Assembly: GCA_963668625.2 (NCBI GenBank)
Contig: CAXXKA010000006.1
Location: 704,001-768,000 of the forward strand
Direction of reading: 5' to 3'
DNA length: 64,000 bases
From: an uncultured candidate division Zixibacteria bacterium
Lineage (GTDB): Bacteria; Zixibacteria; MSB-5A5; UBA10806; 4484-95
Program-made: the position numbers and the translations under genes
The notes under the pieces: generated by a model
Seen by the model: the letters and a program-made list of their open reading frames with translations, nothing else
Told to the model about the DNA's origin: nothing
The model's database searches: none
Part shown: positions 41,732-51,841 of the stretch, piece after piece
Layout of the letters: every line of letters begins with the position of its first letter
How positions within the stretch are numbered: position 1 is the first letter of the stretch

Positions 41732-42274
41732 TTAATATGTCCCCTTGGGACCTTCCGGTATATCCTCCTTGAATGCCTTGTCTCCATTTGGTATGACTTT
41801 CTCGGTAAGCGGATTCCACCAACCGGTTAGGGTTGATGATCCTCCTTTGCCGTAGGAGTTAATATCCAATTTATTAAGCATGTTTTTACAGTGTTTACAG
41901 CAGGTGGCGTTTGCAGCAATAATGCCTTCCTTGTATTGGGTTTCCTTCATGGCTTTTTTAAACGCCTCGATCATGTTGGCCATATTATCGTCTTGCTTGA
42001 TATCCAGAGCTTTCTTCCAGGCATATACGATCATCATCTCAGCATGAAAACCCGTCATTTCACCGTAATTTCTGTTTATGCCTTCGCCGGTAATTGTTCG
42101 GGCGTCATTTACATCTATTGCCAGTTTTTCCGAAAGCGCTTTATTTTGAGTGCAGCCATAATATTCCCCGTCTCCATGTATCCCCAGCGCGGATGTTGGA
42201 TCTTTCTTTTCTCTTTTTCCAAATGATTTAATAACCTGATTCACTAGTGTCCGGTGTTTTTCGGTAAATGTCAA
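41732..42274 (-). CDS. Stand-alone zinc-dependent deaminase (cytidine-deaminase superfamily, OTT_1508-like motif spacing)
   Basis: FHAEM...TCCKHC; start uncertain because the first ~11 codons lie in a repeat. Confidence 0.65.
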   Translation of the reverse strand: MTFTEKHRTLVNQVIKSFGKREKKDPTSALGIHGDGEYYGCTQNKALSEKLAIDVNDARTITGEGINRNYGEMTGFHAEMMIVYAWKKALDIKQDDNMANMIEAFKKAMKETQYKEGIIAANATCCKHCKNMLNKLDINSYGKGGSSTLTGWWNPLTEKVIPNGDKAFKEDIPEGPKGTY

Positions 42275-42480
42275 ATGTCTCCTTGGAATTGTCAGTAAAA
42301 AATATTTTCTGATATAATTATATATTCAGCGTATCATGCATCCTGACATGTCCTGTCGATGTTAGGCTTAGTTCCCTGGTTTCCAAGCGCTGCTTGGAAA
42401 CCATCTTGAGTCATGTAGAATAGGCATTCTGCCGGCAAACAAGTCACGTTGCGAAGCAGCGCTTCGCAACGAGATGGAAA
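42241..42480. repeat. 240-bp repeat, second copy at 62020-62260; CTAG-MITE end plus two REP hairpins
   Basis: High identity by eye over the whole length, including GGTTTCCAAGCGCTGCTTGGAAACC and CGTTGCGAAGCAGCGCTTCGCAACG. Confidence 0.88.
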
Positions 42481-42588
42481 TTAGTCAATTGTACGTAAAT
42501 ATATATACGCAATAATCTATCTAAATGTATGTCAGATATGATTTACCATTGTCGAGCAAGCTAGACGATTGATTGTTATATATGTTCG

Positions 42589-42818
42589 CTAGTGTTTGGC
42601 CTCTGGTTAAAGTGCGACTCAGGATATCGTACCTTCCATCCTGAGTCATCGGGCCGGGATTAGTTTTGTTAAGATACGGTTGCACCTTACACTAACAGAA
42701 TGTGTCAGGATGAAAACGGAGCGACATGCTGAACATCTGACTATATCGAATAATAATCTTTATCAACGATTCCCACTGGAATCAAGCAATTGACCGGGAT
42801 ACACCGGACACTAGTGAA
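42589..42818. mobile_element. ~230-bp CTAG-bounded MITE-like element with two internal inverted REP hairpins
   Basis: CTAGTG...ACCGGACACTAG ends; its right ~110 bp is an inverted homologue of 42240-42352; degenerate copy at ~47466-47712. Confidence 0.55.
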
Positions 42819-42914
42819 ATTTGCTATTTATTCTCTGAAATGTCAGCTTAGAATTATTTTACTCGAAAGGGAGCTAACGAGCCTATTATAAATCGAAAAG
42901 GCCGGAGCAGATAG

Positions 42915-42954
42915 AAAAAACGCCTGAACCTAGGCAATGGTGGTTCAGGCGTTT
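42915..42954 (-). terminator. Terminator after malic enzyme
   Basis: AAACGCCTGAACC..GGTTCAGGCGTTT with T-run on minus strand. Confidence 0.8.
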
Positions 42955-42974
42955 GAAAATTCAGCGATTATCTA

Positions 42975-44354
42975 TTAATTTCCGAATGTAACGAACTTGT
43001 GAGGAATAGGGATAAATCCGGTATCCATCATGGTGCGAGTTAAACCGCGAGCTCTCGAAATTTTCTCGGCGGCTATTTTCAGAAGGTCATCCCTTGAGAG
43101 TATTTTCTTGGCAACACCCTGTTCGATAGCTTTCATACCTACGGCAGCAGCTTCGCGCGGGAAGACTTCCCAATCATCCATGGTGGGCAGCAGATGGTCT
43201 TGATCGAAACGTTTCTCGACCGCCAACTGGGCCAGTTCCTCGGCTGCCGCTATGCACATCTCATCAGTAATAGTCGTAGCAGCGACATCGAGCGTGCCGC
43301 GGAAAATACCAGGGAATCCAAGCGAGTTATTTACCTGGTTGGGGAAATCCGAACGTCCGGTAGCGACCACGCTGGCGCCGGCTTCTTTAGCTTCCCAGGG
43401 CCAGATTTCCGGGGTAGGATTGGCGCAAGCGAACACGATTGGACGCGAACCCATTTTCTTGACCCACTCGGGTTTGATAATACCGGGGCCGGGGGTGGAA
43501 AGCGCGATAACCGCATCGGCGCCTTTCATAGCCTCGGGAATGCCACCAGCGACATTGTCTCCATTGGTTATATTGCAGATATCCCATTTCTCGGGATAAT
43601 CCTTTTCGAGCTTCTCGGCATCTTCACGTTTGGTATGAAGAGTACCCTTAGAGTCGGTCATGATGATATTACCTGGGGTAACACCGGCTGTCATCAACAG
43701 TTTGGCGATACGATAGTTCGAAGCGCCGGCGCCAACCATGGCGATTTTCATTTCCGAAAGTTTTTTATCTACGATCCTGGCGGCATTAATCATACCGGCT
43801 ACGGTTACTGTCGCCGTGCCCTGCTGGTCATCATGCCAGATCGGAATACGAGCCTTCTCGCGGAGTTCGCGAAGGATACGGAAACATTTCGGCTGAGCGA
43901 TATCCTCGAGATTCACGCCACCGAAACTCGGTTGAAGATTCAGAACTATATCGATGATCTTATCGGGATCTTTCGTGTCGAGCATGATAGGGAATACATC
44001 CACTGCTCCGAGATATTTAAACAGCAGCGATTTGCCTTCCATAACAGGTAAACCTGCCTCAGGGCCGATATCGCCTAATCCAAGCACACGAGTTCCATCG
44101 GAAATGACAGCCACAGTGTTGCCTTTGTTAGTGTGTTCATACACCTTATCCGGGTTGTCGCGAATATCCAGACAGGGCTTAGCAACGCCCGGGCTGTACC
44201 AGATTGCGAAATCTGAGTAATCACGGATACAAGCCTTGGGCACGACTTCGATTTTGCCTTTGTAAAAGGGGTGAAGTTTCATTGCCTCGACGCCGGGTTG
44301 ATCGGCTTTAGCTAACATCTGATCTTTTTTATTCATCGCGTTTTTGCCTTTCAT
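42975..44354 (-). CDS. NAD(P)-dependent malic enzyme
   Basis: [46 protein letters not shown]. Confidence 0.95.
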   Translation of the reverse strand: MKGKNAMNKKDQMLAKADQPGVEAMKLHPFYKGKIEVVPKACIRDYSDFAIWYSPGVAKPCLDIRDNPDKVYEHTNKGNTVAVISDGTRVLGLGDIGPEAGLPVMEGKSLLFKYLGAVDVFPIMLDTKDPDKIIDIVLNLQPSFGGVNLEDIAQPKCFRILRELREKARIPIWHDDQQGTATVTVAGMINAARIVDKKLSEMKIAMVGAGASNYRIAKLLMTAGVTPGNIIMTDSKGTLHTKREDAEKLEKDYPEKWDICNITNGDNVAGGIPEAMKGADAVIALSTPGPGIIKPEWVKKMGSRPIVFACANPTPEIWPWEAKEAGASVVATGRSDFPNQVNNSLGFPGIFRGTLDVAATTITDEMCIAAAEELAQLAVEKRFDQDHLLPTMDDWEVFPREAAAVGMKAIEQGVAKKILSRDDLLKIAAEKISRARGLTRTMMDTGFIPIPHKFVTFGN

Positions 44355-44599
44355 CTATCAAACGGATAACAAAAGAATATGCAAACAAGGCGCTAAAATA
44401 TGCTAATTTTCGCCATTATGCAAAGGTTTTTTGTGTTATTCTTATATGATAATGTAGTCCTTAACATACAAAAAGGCCGACCTGATGGTCGGCCTTTGCC
44501 GGTTTCAGGCAACTAGTGATATTTCTTCCTTGCACCGGCATTAATTAACATCCGATCGATAATTAACCGATCCAATGTAATTCTTATCTTAAAACGTTT

Positions 44600-46684
44600 T
44601 TAATACCCGTATGGCGGCGTGTCCTCACACCAGGTGATCGAGTTTATTGCCCGGAAATAGTTCACCAGGTATGTGACATCAGCGCCTATCACAATGCAGT
44701 CACCATTAACATCAGCTGCTGCATATAACCATTCACTTTCATCAGCGTTCCAGCAACTATCAACCGGTACAGCCATACCTCTGAAATAATTCACCAGTAC
44801 TGTGACATCAGCGCCGATTACCACCTCATCACCGTTAACATCCCCGGGCATATATAGATTTGGCATAGAAATCGAGACCTCATTTGAATAGTTGCCCTCG
44901 ATGCCAACATAGTCGACTCCCGTTACCCTGAAATTATAAGTAACACCATAACTCAGATCCGTAAGAAAGTAGTAGTTTTGGGTAGTGGTATCCAGGATGG
45001 TGGTTGGTTCGGGGCTATCATCCATATAGATAATATAGTCGGTTATGGCCATGTCTCCCCACTGGTTGAACATCAAATGAATTCCCTGATCGGTTTGCTC
45101 GGCCAATAAATCTGGTCGTGAGGCGATTCCAGTCCAGGGGAATTTTTTAAATCTGTAGGTATTGCTTACCCTGGTTGTGTCAAAATCCAGTTCCGTGACA
45201 ACCGAACCGTCACTTGCCACCTCTGTCATATCCATTGCCGCGTTACCGCCCCAGCCAATCAGGGTATTGCCGTTTGCCAGTCTTTGTACGCTACCCATGA
45301 AAGGAGAGGAAAGATCCGGATTATGCCTGAATTCCCAAACCTGTGTGCAAATATAATTGACTTCATCCAACTCATATTCCACCGCTCTCGAAAAAGCCGG
45401 AGTATGACAATTGCCATTATCGAATATGGCGATGTTGCCGTTATCCATGAAAGTCACACCATGCTGTTTGCAGAAACCGCTGGAATCATCAACTATCGTG
45501 AACATATTATTCTGAGCGTGCGCACCCAATCTCCAAAGGATATCTCCGGTATTGCGATCGACTTTAATGATCTCATCCGAATTCCTGAAAGAAAAAAGCA
45601 AGTTCCCGTCATTGTCAATGTCAGTCGCATTCCAATGGCAATAGTCGAGTCTGGCGCCCGTAAAATCCAGGTCGTTACCATCGAAAATACTGATATAGTC
45701 CCAAGAACGCCATTCCATGACCACGTTACCCAGGGAATCCAACTCTTGATGTACGAACCCGGTTACCTGGCAGAGTGAATCACCCCCGGCTATACTATCG
45801 CTCAAATCGACTATCTGCACATCGTAGCAGCCCAGGTGGATATGAAAATCATCATCGATTTTACAATCATGGATGTCCAATTCATAGCCAACCATTTCGA
45901 ATGAGTCGCGAACCGTATATGTTTGATCCATAATGAAAGCTCGTGATATATGGTTGGGATCGAAATAACTGTTAGTCATATAAGTTAACAAGCCATTATC
46001 CTGTTTCTTGAAATCCCAGGCTTGTCCCTCGATTTTTCTCATGAAAACCGGTGTTCCGTCATTCTCCATAATTAAAGCGTAGCCGGATGGCATGAAAGTA
46101 TTCATAGCATAGCCGGAGAATATATACCCGGGCGCGGGTGAACCGACAACATCTGTCCAGATATTTGGGAAATCCGATGGGTAATTAGGATCGTCATTGA
46201 GGATGACATCATTAAAATCATCATTATGGAGATTATTCGATTCGACTTCCAATGTCAGCGACGGATTATCATACGTTTGATATTCTTGTTTCGGTGAGAC
46301 CGTAAATTCGTATTTGAAATCCTTGCTCCGATCCGAGCCACGAGATTTTAAACCATTATCAATGACAATTGCTACGCGTTCACCCGGCTCGAAAGCCGTA
46401 TGGGGGACGATATTCAATGTTTTGTTATCAAGAGCGGTTTTAACATCGTAGGAATGCTTGCCGCTCTGTTCTCCCTCGATATATACCGGATCGTTTCTAT
46501 CGAAACTGTAGTGAGAGAGATTATCACCGGGACGAATTATTATATAAGATCCTTTGTTCACCAACTTCGCGTTCGGTTTTGGACTTAAATATTGAAAAGC
46601 ATCTCGGTAGCTTTCGGCATTAACTATACCGGAAGCCAGTAGAATAAATACCATCATCAGCATCGATAAATGACGTTTTTGCAT
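44600..46684 (-). CDS. Secreted arylsulfate-sulfotransferase-like protein with Ig-like, Fn3 and dockerin-like domains
   Basis: DIHD, DYCHWN, LFSFRN, ILWRLG, QH, FDNG, GSVQRLANGNTLIGWG; GDVNGD..VIGADVT twice; terminator at 44470-44497. Confidence 0.85.
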   Translation of the reverse strand: MQKRHLSMLMMVFILLASGIVNAESYRDAFQYLSPKPNAKLVNKGSYIIIRPGDNLSHYSFDRNDPVYIEGEQSGKHSYDVKTALDNKTLNIVPHTAFEPGERVAIVIDNGLKSRGSDRSKDFKYEFTVSPKQEYQTYDNPSLTLEVESNNLHNDDFNDVILNDDPNYPSDFPNIWTDVVGSPAPGYIFSGYAMNTFMPSGYALIMENDGTPVFMRKIEGQAWDFKKQDNGLLTYMTNSYFDPNHISRAFIMDQTYTVRDSFEMVGYELDIHDCKIDDDFHIHLGCYDVQIVDLSDSIAGGDSLCQVTGFVHQELDSLGNVVMEWRSWDYISIFDGNDLDFTGARLDYCHWNATDIDNDGNLLFSFRNSDEIIKVDRNTGDILWRLGAHAQNNMFTIVDDSSGFCKQHGVTFMDNGNIAIFDNGNCHTPAFSRAVEYELDEVNYICTQVWEFRHNPDLSSPFMGSVQRLANGNTLIGWGGNAAMDMTEVASDGSVVTELDFDTTRVSNTYRFKKFPWTGIASRPDLLAEQTDQGIHLMFNQWGDMAITDYIIYMDDSPEPTTILDTTTQNYYFLTDLSYGVTYNFRVTGVDYVGIEGNYSNEVSISMPNLYMPGDVNGDEVVIGADVTVLVNYFRGMAVPVDSCWNADESEWLYAAADVNGDCIVIGADVTYLVNYFRAINSITWCEDTPPYGY

Positions 46685-46876
46685 GAGGTGGGCTCCTTCA
46701 AGGTTTAATAATGGATAAAATTAAATGTTATGCTTTGTTTTCATGAGATTCGATCACCGCGAATCGTAACTCCATATGTGTAAATTCTGGTATCACTTCA
46801 AACAAGAAGTATTAACCATAACATAATGATATGTTTTGTTTTGTCAATATTAAAATGACTCCTGTCAGCTATTTAT

Positions 46877-47395
46877 TTGATCCCAAAAAAACACCGGTTT
46901 ACCCGGTGTGTACGTTTGAGGCGAAGCATTTGCAGAAAATTTTATTATCCACAGCGATGACTGATTTTCTCAATAGCGTCACTATCCTATATCTGTTATT
47001 ACCTTGTAGGGGATTGTTGAAAGAGTCCTTGTTGGATGACGGTGGTGTCAGGAATCCATTCCTGACACCTGATTTCATGCGGCATATCGCCGGGAAAGGA
47101 TTAACAACGGACTTCGTCCGCCCAGCGACTCCTGCAAATGGCTTTTTCAACAACCCCGGATGAGGTAATTCAGTACGGCCTTTTTTTTTATAGCACTACA
47201 CTCTATTTCTATTAAGTTAGCTTATATGGAGGGGAGACAAAACGAAGCTTTTAGAATACGGTGGGTTACAAAATCGGAGTTTTGCAGCCAATAAGCCGAT
47301 TCCCCAACTCCTGGATCCTGAATCAAGTTCAGGATGATATAGTCGGTTTAAGCCTGCAGAATAAAGGTCACCGGCCCTGTAACCGGTGGCAGTTT
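46877..47395. mobile_element. IS200/IS605-like non-autonomous element, copy 1 (contains MITE C at 47010-47157 and a REP at ~47314-47337)
   Basis: Terminal hairpins CACCGG..CCGGTG at both ends; no transposase; direct repeat of 48407-48900. Confidence 0.6.
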
Positions 47396-47815
47396 ACTAG
47401 AGCATAAATATATGCAGAAATAACTATATTGTTCATTGCTGCTTAATGAGTTATTAACCGTTTATGCCAGTGACTGGCCTTTAGCAATAGTAACTGAAAT
47501 AATCCTCAGGATGTCGCATCTTCCATTCTGAGGCATCAGGTTCGAAGGCGATATTGCAATATATAACTCATGTATATGGGAAGAGGTTAAGTCAGGATGC
47601 AAGCGAAGGGACATCATGACACGCTGACTATCTAATTCTTTGAAAAATAATTCTTGTAGATGATGCTCTGCTGGATAACTAAATTGATATCAAAAATCCG
47701 AACATCTGTGAACCAAATTTATTAATTACAAAGTATATTTCAATTGACGACTTACCGATATATGAGTATAATTATGTAAAATAACGGATGATCATAACTG
47801 CTACAGGAGGGCGAA

Positions 47816-48346
47816 ATGCGTTTTAAGATTACGGTTGTAATTGCTTTATTAGCGTTAACTATCGTCTGGGCGGATTCCGGAGAACATAAATATGTCGGGG
47901 TCAGCAAGTGTAAAACCTGCCATAAAATAAAAAAATATGGCAATCAATATGGCATTTGGGAGAAAGGTCCTCATGCCAATGCTTTTAAGGTTTTAGCGAG
48001 CGAGCAATCGTTGAAAATTGCCAAAGAGATGGGCATAGAGGATCCGCAAAAAAGCGAGAAATGCTTAACCTGCCATGTTACCGCTTTCGGCGTGGCAGAT
48101 AGCATGAAAGCGAAAACCTTCACTATGGAGGAGGGGATCGGCTGTGAATCCTGTCACGGCGCCGGCGCCGACTACCTGATGATGTCAACCATGAAGAATG
48201 TCGAAAAGGCGATTGCCTCGGGATTAATTTTTCCGACCGAGGAGACCTGTTTGACATGCCATAACGAGAATAGCCCGACCTTCAAACCATTCGATTTCGA
48301 AGTCAGAGTAAAAGAGATCGCTCACCCTCGACCTGCATCGGAATAA
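47816..48346 (+). CDS. Periplasmic tetraheme cytochrome, c554-like
   Basis: Signal peptide; YVG..KCKTCH, CLTCH, GIGCESCHGAG, CLTCH; terminator at 48375-48405. Confidence 0.88.
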   Translation: MRFKITVVIALLALTIVWADSGEHKYVGVSKCKTCHKIKKYGNQYGIWEKGPHANAFKVLASEQSLKIAKEMGIEDPQKSEKCLTCHVTAFGVADSMKAKTFTMEEGIGCESCHGAGADYLMMSTMKNVEKAIASGLIFPTEETCLTCHNENSPTFKPFDFEVRVKEIAHPRPASE

Positions 48347-48406
48347 GTATCAGCTATCAATTGATCGGAAGTCAAGAGGGGCGTTCGTTTGGACGCCCTC
48401 TTTTTA

Positions 48407-48900
48407 TTGATCCTAAAAACTACCGACTTATACGGTGTGTACGTTTAAAGCGAAATATTTGTAGAAAGTTTTATTAACAGCAGCGACAACTGATTTTCTC
48501 AATAGCGTCACTATCCTTTATCTGTCCTTACCTCGGAGGGGCTTGTTGAAAAAGTACTTGTTGGATGACGGTGGTGTCAGGAATCCATTCCTGACACCTG
48601 ATTTCATGCGGCATGTCGCCGGGAAAGGATGAACAAAGGACTTCGTCCGCCCAGCGACTCATGCAAATGGCTTTTTCAACAACCCCGGAGGAGGTAATAC
48701 AGTTCGGTCTTTTCTTTTTAATTAGCTTAAATGGAGGGGAGACAAAACAAAGTTTTAGAATACTGTGGGTTACAAAATCGGAGTTTTGTAACCAGTACAG
48801 CCTTTCCCCAACCCCTGGATCCTGAATCAAGTTAAGGATGACACAGCCTGCTTAAACCGGCTGGATAAAAGCCACCGACTCTGCGGCCGGTGGTAGGATA
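48407..48900. mobile_element. IS200/IS605-like non-autonomous element, copy 2 (contains MITE C at 48539-48686 flanked by GGAG on both sides)
   Basis: Collinear with copy 1; right hairpin GCCACCG..CGGTGGT; isolated left-end remnant also at ~33493-33530. Confidence 0.6.
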
Positions 48901-48967
48901 CTGATCCTGAAAAGCCCGTTACCGGTGGTACTCTATTTAGCATATTTCGTTGCTGATCCGATTTGAG

Positions 48968-50947
48968 TTATTGAATGATTTTTCCATCATCGGTTGAATC
49001 CTGTTTCGGCTTATCCGTTATTTCCGTATCACGAGTATCGTCCTGTTTTTCGCTTTCGGGGACATTCTCGTGTTCGTGCTCGAACATATCCTCAGGCATC
49101 TTGCCGTTTATCCACGAGGGATTCATCGGGTATACCGAGGGGCTGAACACGGTAGAATACATATGCCAGATTAAAATAGCCAGCGTTGCCAGCCAGGCCT
49201 CGTAATAATGAATTACCAGCATGACATCGAGGAAGCCTTTAGGGAACCATTGTACTGCGATATTCTCGAACCAGAGGAAGAAACCGCTGGCAATCATAAC
49301 AGCCGAGCCCCAGACCAATGCCCAGTACTCCGCTTTCTCCACATAGCTGAATCGCCCGAATTTCGGCCGTTCTTTTCTGCTACCCATATTGAATTTGATC
49401 ATCCTGCCGAATTGAGCGAAATCTTTTATGGAGGGGAACATGTCGATCAAGAATCTTTTGCCGCGACGAGTCATCAGAAAAACCGTATGCCAGATAACGG
49501 TGAAGATAAACACTCCGGCGGCAACTCTGTGAATAATTCCGCGCAGAGGGAATCCGCCCTCCCAGCCGAACAGGAGCTGTACCCAGCCCGATTCGGCGAA
49601 TCGTAACGAGAAACCGGTCAGTACCAGTACTATGAATGAGACAGTCAATAGCGCGTGCTGCGCCACCTCACCCGGCATCATGCGCCTGACCTGTTTTTTG
49701 GAAAGCACTAATGCTATTTGCTTACGGAGGTCGATTATCCAATGCACCACCATCGTACCGATAATCAGTATTATCGCCAGTATATAAATCTTGGCAATTA
49801 TATTGGCTATAGGAGTGCTCGACATCCCCGGAGTACCGTGAATAGGCGTGCTGGCGATAGATTCGGATATGCCGGGATGGCAATGTCCGCAGGTATTTTG
49901 AAGATTCTGTTGGTTTATCGAGGAGGCGGGATCGGTATGCGGCAGTATTTTGTGCGCGCCATGACATGAGGCGCAGTTGGCAACCGTGATATCGCCCGCC
50001 CGGCTTTTCAAACCGTGATAACTATCCACCCAGGTTTTCAACCGTCCCGTTGGTATATCGTATTTCTCGTTTAGCCTTGCCGATTCGTGACATGGGGAGC
50101 AGGTCGCCTCGGCAACTCGAGCTGGGGAGACGGGCGAACGCGGATCTTTCGGCGATAGTATACCATGCTCACCGTGGCAGTCGGTACAGACCGGTGAATC
50201 GGTTTCGCCACGATTGACCAGTTTGCCGTGAATACCATCCCAGTAGTCATTAGCAATACTCGTATGGCATTTACCACAGGTGTTAGGAATGTTGAAATGA
50301 TTTATCGATGAGGTCCTGTCTTTCGGTGATAGAATTTTATGCGCGGTGTTATCCGAGGAATGGCAATCGTTACAGGTGGCAGCCATGCTCAGTCCTCCCC
50401 AGGCGGCTTTGCCGTGGACACTGCTTCCGTAAACCTTAATCGGTTTGGCCACTAATATGTCGTGCTTTTTGATGATATCGAGATTCTCATGGCACGAACC
50501 GCAGGTCTGGGGCAAGTTGCGGGGGTTGATCCGGGAATTATTTTCTGCTGAGTTTAATATATCATGTTTGCCGTGACAGTCGGCACAATCCGGTATATCG
50601 GGATCCTCGCCAGCTTTCAGTCGCCCATGCCACTTGTAGACCTCGCCCGCTTCCTCGTGGCAGGTCACACAATTCACCGGAGGTAAATTCTCCTCGTGTG
50701 GAACATCCTCGATACTCGAATGGCAATCTATACATTCGAAACCGGCATGCGATGAATAATCGTATGTTTCAAGACTAACATATAATGATATTTCTCGTCC
50801 GTGCTCATCCTCGGTGGCGAAATCCCGTTCGCCGTGACAGTCCAGGCAATCGCTATTGCTCAGAGCCATCACCGCTGTCGGAAGTATCAATACGTAAATT
50901 AATACCGAATGTATAATGGCGCCTTTCTTACTCAGGAAATCCCCCAC
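48968..50947 (-). CDS. CbcL-like inner-membrane cytochrome: 11 CxxCH plus FdnI/HydC-type cytochrome b domain
   Basis: 11 CxxCH counted; TM region with QHALL, IIHR, GRFSYVEKAEYWA, IHYYEA, IWHMY. Confidence 0.88.
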   Translation of the reverse strand: MGDFLSKKGAIIHSVLIYVLILPTAVMALSNSDCLDCHGERDFATEDEHGREISLYVSLETYDYSSHAGFECIDCHSSIEDVPHEENLPPVNCVTCHEEAGEVYKWHGRLKAGEDPDIPDCADCHGKHDILNSAENNSRINPRNLPQTCGSCHENLDIIKKHDILVAKPIKVYGSSVHGKAAWGGLSMAATCNDCHSSDNTAHKILSPKDRTSSINHFNIPNTCGKCHTSIANDYWDGIHGKLVNRGETDSPVCTDCHGEHGILSPKDPRSPVSPARVAEATCSPCHESARLNEKYDIPTGRLKTWVDSYHGLKSRAGDITVANCASCHGAHKILPHTDPASSINQQNLQNTCGHCHPGISESIASTPIHGTPGMSSTPIANIIAKIYILAIILIIGTMVVHWIIDLRKQIALVLSKKQVRRMMPGEVAQHALLTVSFIVLVLTGFSLRFAESGWVQLLFGWEGGFPLRGIIHRVAAGVFIFTVIWHTVFLMTRRGKRFLIDMFPSIKDFAQFGRMIKFNMGSRKERPKFGRFSYVEKAEYWALVWGSAVMIASGFFLWFENIAVQWFPKGFLDVMLVIHYYEAWLATLAILIWHMYSTVFSPSVYPMNPSWINGKMPEDMFEHEHENVPESEKQDDTRDTEITDKPKQDSTDDGKIIQ

Positions 50948-51153
50948 ATTAAATCTTTCCTATTCTGGCAGTTGTGAATGCTTTCACTTATTTATCGTCG
51001 TTATTTGTAATCAATAAAATTCAATCTTGAAAATATGTCAATACTTTTACTAACATTTTTTACAGTATCGTTAGAAATCAAAATCAATACCTCTTTTTTT
51101 AACATATTACTATACAAAAAGATATAGTATGAGAAGTCAAGTCAAAATATTTC

Positions 51154-51209
51154 TTGACGATAATAGTAAAAGATTATAGATTGTCTTGTAAGTAAGTATT
51201 CACTTACTT
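51154..51209 (+). promoter_or_regulatory. Sigma70 promoter (TTGACG-17-TAGATT) and palindromic operator AAGTAAGT-ATTC-ACTTACTT
   Basis: Perfect 8-bp inverted arms at 51190-51209, at the predicted TSS of the TetR gene. Confidence 0.7.
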
Positions 51210-51247
51210 TATTATAGCTAACGATGAGGATGAATTAGAGGGAATAT

Positions 51248-51841
51248 ATGGTAGTTAACAGGAAAGAACAGATCGTAAAGAAGGCAATGATGCTGTTCGC
51301 TAAAGATGGCTATGAGAAAGTTACCACGAATGTTATTGCTAAAAAATGCAATATTTCAGAGGCTGCATTATATAATCATTTTAAATCGAAAGAGGCTATA
51401 TACTCGGCCGTATTGAAATCAATTCAGGATATCAACTCGACCGAGGAGGAACTCGATAAACTAAAACCGGAAATGGATATTGAAAATCTATTGGCGGGTT
51501 TAGCCGGATACATTACCTCGGACTATTGCCAAAAAAGCAAAGTCATACGCCTGTTGATGTATTCCTCTTTGCAGGGACATAAGCTTGCCAGGGAGGTGTA
51601 TTCTTCGTTGCGTATGCCGTATATAGAATTTCTTTCGGGAAAACTCAGAGCGATGATTAAAGATGGCTTGTTATTGAATGTAAATCCTCAAATCACCGCC
51701 CGATGTTTCGTGGGGATGGTATTCGATTGCGTCATGAATTCGATATTATGGAAAGGAATGTTGGGCAGGGAATACAGTCATGAGACAGTTCTGAAAAACA
51801 ACGTTCCTGTTTTTGCCCGGGGTTTGGTTAAATCGGGTTAA
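51248..51841 (+). CDS. TetR/AcrR-family regulator
   Basis: AMMLFAKDGYEKVTTNVIAKKCNISEAALYNHFKSKE. Confidence 0.93.
   Translation: MVVNRKEQIVKKAMMLFAKDGYEKVTTNVIAKKCNISEAALYNHFKSKEAIYSAVLKSIQDINSTEEELDKLKPEMDIENLLAGLAGYITSDYCQKSKVIRLLMYSSLQGHKLAREVYSSLRMPYIEFLSGKLRAMIKDGLLLNVNPQITARCFVGMVFDCVMNSILWKGMLGREYSHETVLKNNVPVFARGLVKSG

Noticed and set aside
43194-44051. Long antisense ORFs (also 9081-9770, 54954-55694, 60709-61269)
   Set aside because: Shadow frames of well-supported genes with no motifs of their own
46831-47163. Small ORFs in repeats (also 48528-48830, 8016-8405, 62895-63204)
   Set aside because: They span MITE/REP DNA, are not conserved in frame between copies, and show no transposase motifs
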